A DNA stretch of 64,000 nucleotides from Gammaproteobacteria bacterium (lineage in GTDB: Bacteria > Pseudomonadota > Gammaproteobacteria > JBCCGL01): contig OZ255836.1 of the NCBI GenBank assembly GCA_965277715.1, positions 672,001 through 736,000 on the forward strand. Direction: 5' to 3'. Below the pieces are notes generated by a model. That model was not told the DNA's origin. It was given only the letters and a program-made list of their open reading frames with translations, and made no database searches. Position 1 is the first letter of the stretch. Each line of letters starts with the position of its first letter. The position numbers were made by a program, and so were the translations under genes. Below are positions 61,484 through 64,000 of the stretch, one piece after another.

Positions 61484-63001
61484 TTAGGTACGGTTGCGTA
61501 TTTTACCGTAAAGCATCATAAACAAAGGCATGAAAAGCAATAACATTGCTATAACCATAATAGGCCCGGCGTAAGGGCGGTTAAAAAAGATCGAAAACGA
61601 TCCACCACTGATTAACAACGATTGACGCAGGGCAGGTTCAGCCAGTGGCCCCAAGACGATGGCCAGTACCGCAGGCGCCAGCGGGTAGTCGAGTTTGCGC
61701 ATGAGGTAGCCGACAATACCGAAGGTCAGCATCAGCCACAAATCGTGCATACTCTGTGTGGGGGCATAGCCGCCAATCAGGCATAGCACAAAAATGATCG
61801 GTGCAAGGATAGTGAACGGCGTTTTCAGTATTTTGATAAATACCGGAATAAACGCAACATTGATAATCACCGCAAACAGATTAGCAGCATATAAGGAGGC
61901 AATTAGCCCCCAAACAAAATTACTGTGTTCAACAAATAACAACGGCCCAGGCTCCAGTCCCCAGATAACCATGCCACCCAGTAAGATAGCGGTGGTCGGT
62001 GACCCCGGAATACCCAGCGTCAGCATCGGTAACATTGAACCCGTGCTGGCGGCATTGTTCGCCGCCTCTGGAGCGCATACCCCCTCAACGGCACCGTGGC
62101 CAAATTTCTCAGGCTCTTTGGAAATTTGTTTAGCAATACCGTAGGCCATCAGTGAGCCTGGTGTTGCCCCTGCTGCGGGTAAAATACCGACAAAGTAACC
62201 CAAAAATGAACCCATCACAGACGCTTTCCAGGTGCTCAACAACTCGCGCAGGTTATCCATTGTACGTTTGACGGTGACTGTGGCCTCAGACAACATGCTT
62301 TTACCGCCGCCCAGGCAGTGTTCTTCCACTGTCCAGAGCATTTCGCCAATACCGTAAATGCCAATGGCCAGCACCAAAAAATTAATGCCATGCAAAAAAC
62401 CGGTGATATCACCAAAGATCAGGCGGGGTTCGCCAGAGAGAATATCGAGCCCCACCGCGCTTAATACCAGGCCAATGCAGATGGAAAACAAGGTTTTGTA
62501 AAGGTCATCCCCACCCAACCCGACAAAGGTGGCAAAGGCCAACATCATCAGGGCAAACTCTTCTGGTGCACCAAATACCAGCGCAACGTGCGCCAGGGGC
62601 GGGGCAAAGAAGGTGAATAAAATGACAGAGATAGTGCCGCCGATGAAAGAAGCGACAGCGGCGGCGGTAAGTGCCTTGTCAGCCAGGCCCTGTTTAGCAA
62701 GTGGTCGTCCGTCGAATGTTGTTGCCACGGCAGTAGAGGCCCCGGGAATACCGAGCATCACCGAGGAAATAGCGCCGCCATACATTGCGCCGTAGTAAAT
62801 AGCGGCGAGAAATATAATCGCACCGGTAGGTGGCACCAGAAATGTCAGGGGCAGTAGTATGGCTACGCCGTTAACTGAACCCAGGCCCGGCATTGCGCCG
62901 ATAAATAGCCCCAGTGCACAGCCAACGAAGATCAGCATTAAATTCAACGGTTCAAATACTGTGACAAAACCGTCTGCCAGGAATCCCAGAATTTCAAACA
63001 T
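61484..63001 (-). CDS. tctA: Tripartite tricarboxylate transporter large subunit
   Basis: GAMPGLG, YYGAMYGG, PEAANNA, TLGIPGS. Confidence 0.95.
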   Translation of the reverse strand: MFEILGFLADGFVTVFEPLNLMLIFVGCALGLFIGAMPGLGSVNGVAILLPLTFLVPPTGAIIFLAAIYYGAMYGGAISSVMLGIPGASTAVATTFDGRPLAKQGLADKALTAAAVASFIGGTISVILFTFFAPPLAHVALVFGAPEEFALMMLAFATFVGLGGDDLYKTLFSICIGLVLSAVGLDILSGEPRLIFGDITGFLHGINFLVLAIGIYGIGEMLWTVEEHCLGGGKSMLSEATVTVKRTMDNLRELLSTWKASVMGSFLGYFVGILPAAGATPGSLMAYGIAKQISKEPEKFGHGAVEGVCAPEAANNAASTGSMLPMLTLGIPGSPTTAILLGGMVIWGLEPGPLLFVEHSNFVWGLIASLYAANLFAVIINVAFIPVFIKILKTPFTILAPIIFVLCLIGGYAPTQSMHDLWLMLTFGIVGYLMRKLDYPLAPAVLAIVLGPLAEPALRQSLLISGGSFSIFFNRPYAGPIMVIAMLLLFMPLFMMLYGKIRNRT

Positions 63002-63073
63002 ATTCTTATCTCTTTAGCTAATGCAGCAAATCAGTGTAAACCTGACTTTTCACTGTTTATAAATAACGGGTAC

Positions 63074-63577
63074 TTATAAAAACAGCTTGTACAGTGGGTA
63101 AAACAGGGGTTCGGTAATACCTTTGGGTAGTGTGATGTTCAGGGTTATTTCAAAAAAGTAAAAGGTGATTATGGGTGTGAGAATCGACACAGCCACCGAC
63201 AACGTCCAGGAATGCTTACCCAGATAACGCAAATAAAACAGCAGGAATAAAGGCAGGGCGGCGTAGAGGCCAATAAATGAAAACAACCCAACTGTTACAA
63301 TCAGGGAAATGGCAACTGCGCCGACATCCATTAATACCGGTGTCTGGATAAAGGCTTTGTCCGAGGTGGCAACCGGGCCGTGTTTGCGAAACCAGTTAAA
63401 CAGGATACCAATACACGAAACCAGCATAATGGCCGATAACCAGAAAGGCCAGGCACCACCGCCCGGTCCTTCGTCTTCAATCCACCCTATGGGTAATTCG
63501 GCACTCTTATACATTAAGTAAATGGAGAAAACCCCCATCAACAGGCCCATTAACAATTCAGCCGTTCGAACCGTCAT
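63074..63577 (-). CDS. tctB: Tripartite tricarboxylate transporter small subunit
   Basis: GPG..PFWL, 4-5 TM, L...LPKG; upstream of tctA. Confidence 0.88.
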   Translation of the reverse strand: MTVRTAELLMGLLMGVFSIYLMYKSAELPIGWIEDEGPGGGAWPFWLSAIMLVSCIGILFNWFRKHGPVATSDKAFIQTPVLMDVGAVAISLIVTVGLFSFIGLYAALPLFLLFYLRYLGKHSWTLSVAVSILTPIITFYFFEITLNITLPKGITEPLFYPLYKLFL

Positions 63578-63601
63578 GATGAAAAATTCCCCTGGTTACC
63601 T

Positions 63602-63761
63602 AAGGGATGCTCTCAATCACTTGGGCAGACCGATTGTGACCCTTTCCGCACTGGCTGTGCTGCAACTTGTCGCAATAGAACCGCTATTACGCCTCATTAA
63701 GCCTTGCCAGCACAAAAAAGGCCTCACAATCGACCTCCCCAGGTAATTGAGAACACCCCCT
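63602..63761 (-). mobile_element. MITE, 160 bp, with 19-bp imperfect TIRs
   Basis: aagggatgctctcaatcac .. gtaattgagaacaccccct (15/19); internally palindromic. Confidence 0.8.
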
Positions 63762-63792
63762 GACACATAAAAATGCTTGTTTACAAAAGTGC

Positions 63793-64000
63793 TTACTTAA
63801 TAACGCCCATTTCTTTGAGCATTTCACCGTGTATATCGCGCTCACGTTTCCAGTAGGCCATTAATTCATCACCGGTCAACAGGTCACCCTGAAGGCTCTT
63901 TTTGTTGCGGTATTCCTGCCATTTATCTGAGTTAAATACGCGGGTGAACAAATCGGTGTAATACGCTGCTGCTTCATCACTCATGCCCGGCGCGCCGACA
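63793..64000 (-). CDS. tctC: Tripartite tricarboxylate transporter substrate-binding protein (3' part)
   Basis: ..GAPGMS..W..Y..LKEMGVIK* C-terminus; upstream of tctB-tctA. Confidence 0.75.
   Translation of the reverse strand, partial: VGAPGMSDEAAAYYTDLFTRVFNSDKWQEYRNKKSLQGDLLTGDELMAYWKRERDIHGEMLKEMGVIK

Overview
64-kb window from a gammaproteobacterial chromosome, probably marine/environmental (inferred from gene content). Housekeeping blocks (leuS-lptE-tatD, ffh, glcB, rpsF-rpsR-rplI-dnaB, fdxA, galU) flank a ~19-kb accessory region (20.1-39.3 kb). That region holds three toxin-antitoxin modules, group II intron and IS3 remnants, an rtcBA/rtcR RNA-repair locus, and a decaying integron. The integron has a nonsense-inactivated intI, an attI, 8 attC sites and ~10 whole or partial cassettes, including a three-gene restriction-modification cassette. 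It sits on the remnant of a second integron and is bracketed by a diverged ~560-620 bp direct repeat. A family of short YCTGWCCC-core motifs marks most breakpoints in the region. The right end carries a tct transporter plus a GntR / ThDP-lyase / frc / formyltransferase / P-loop gene cluster, and a MITE family. All product calls come from motif recognition by eye; no database searches were run.
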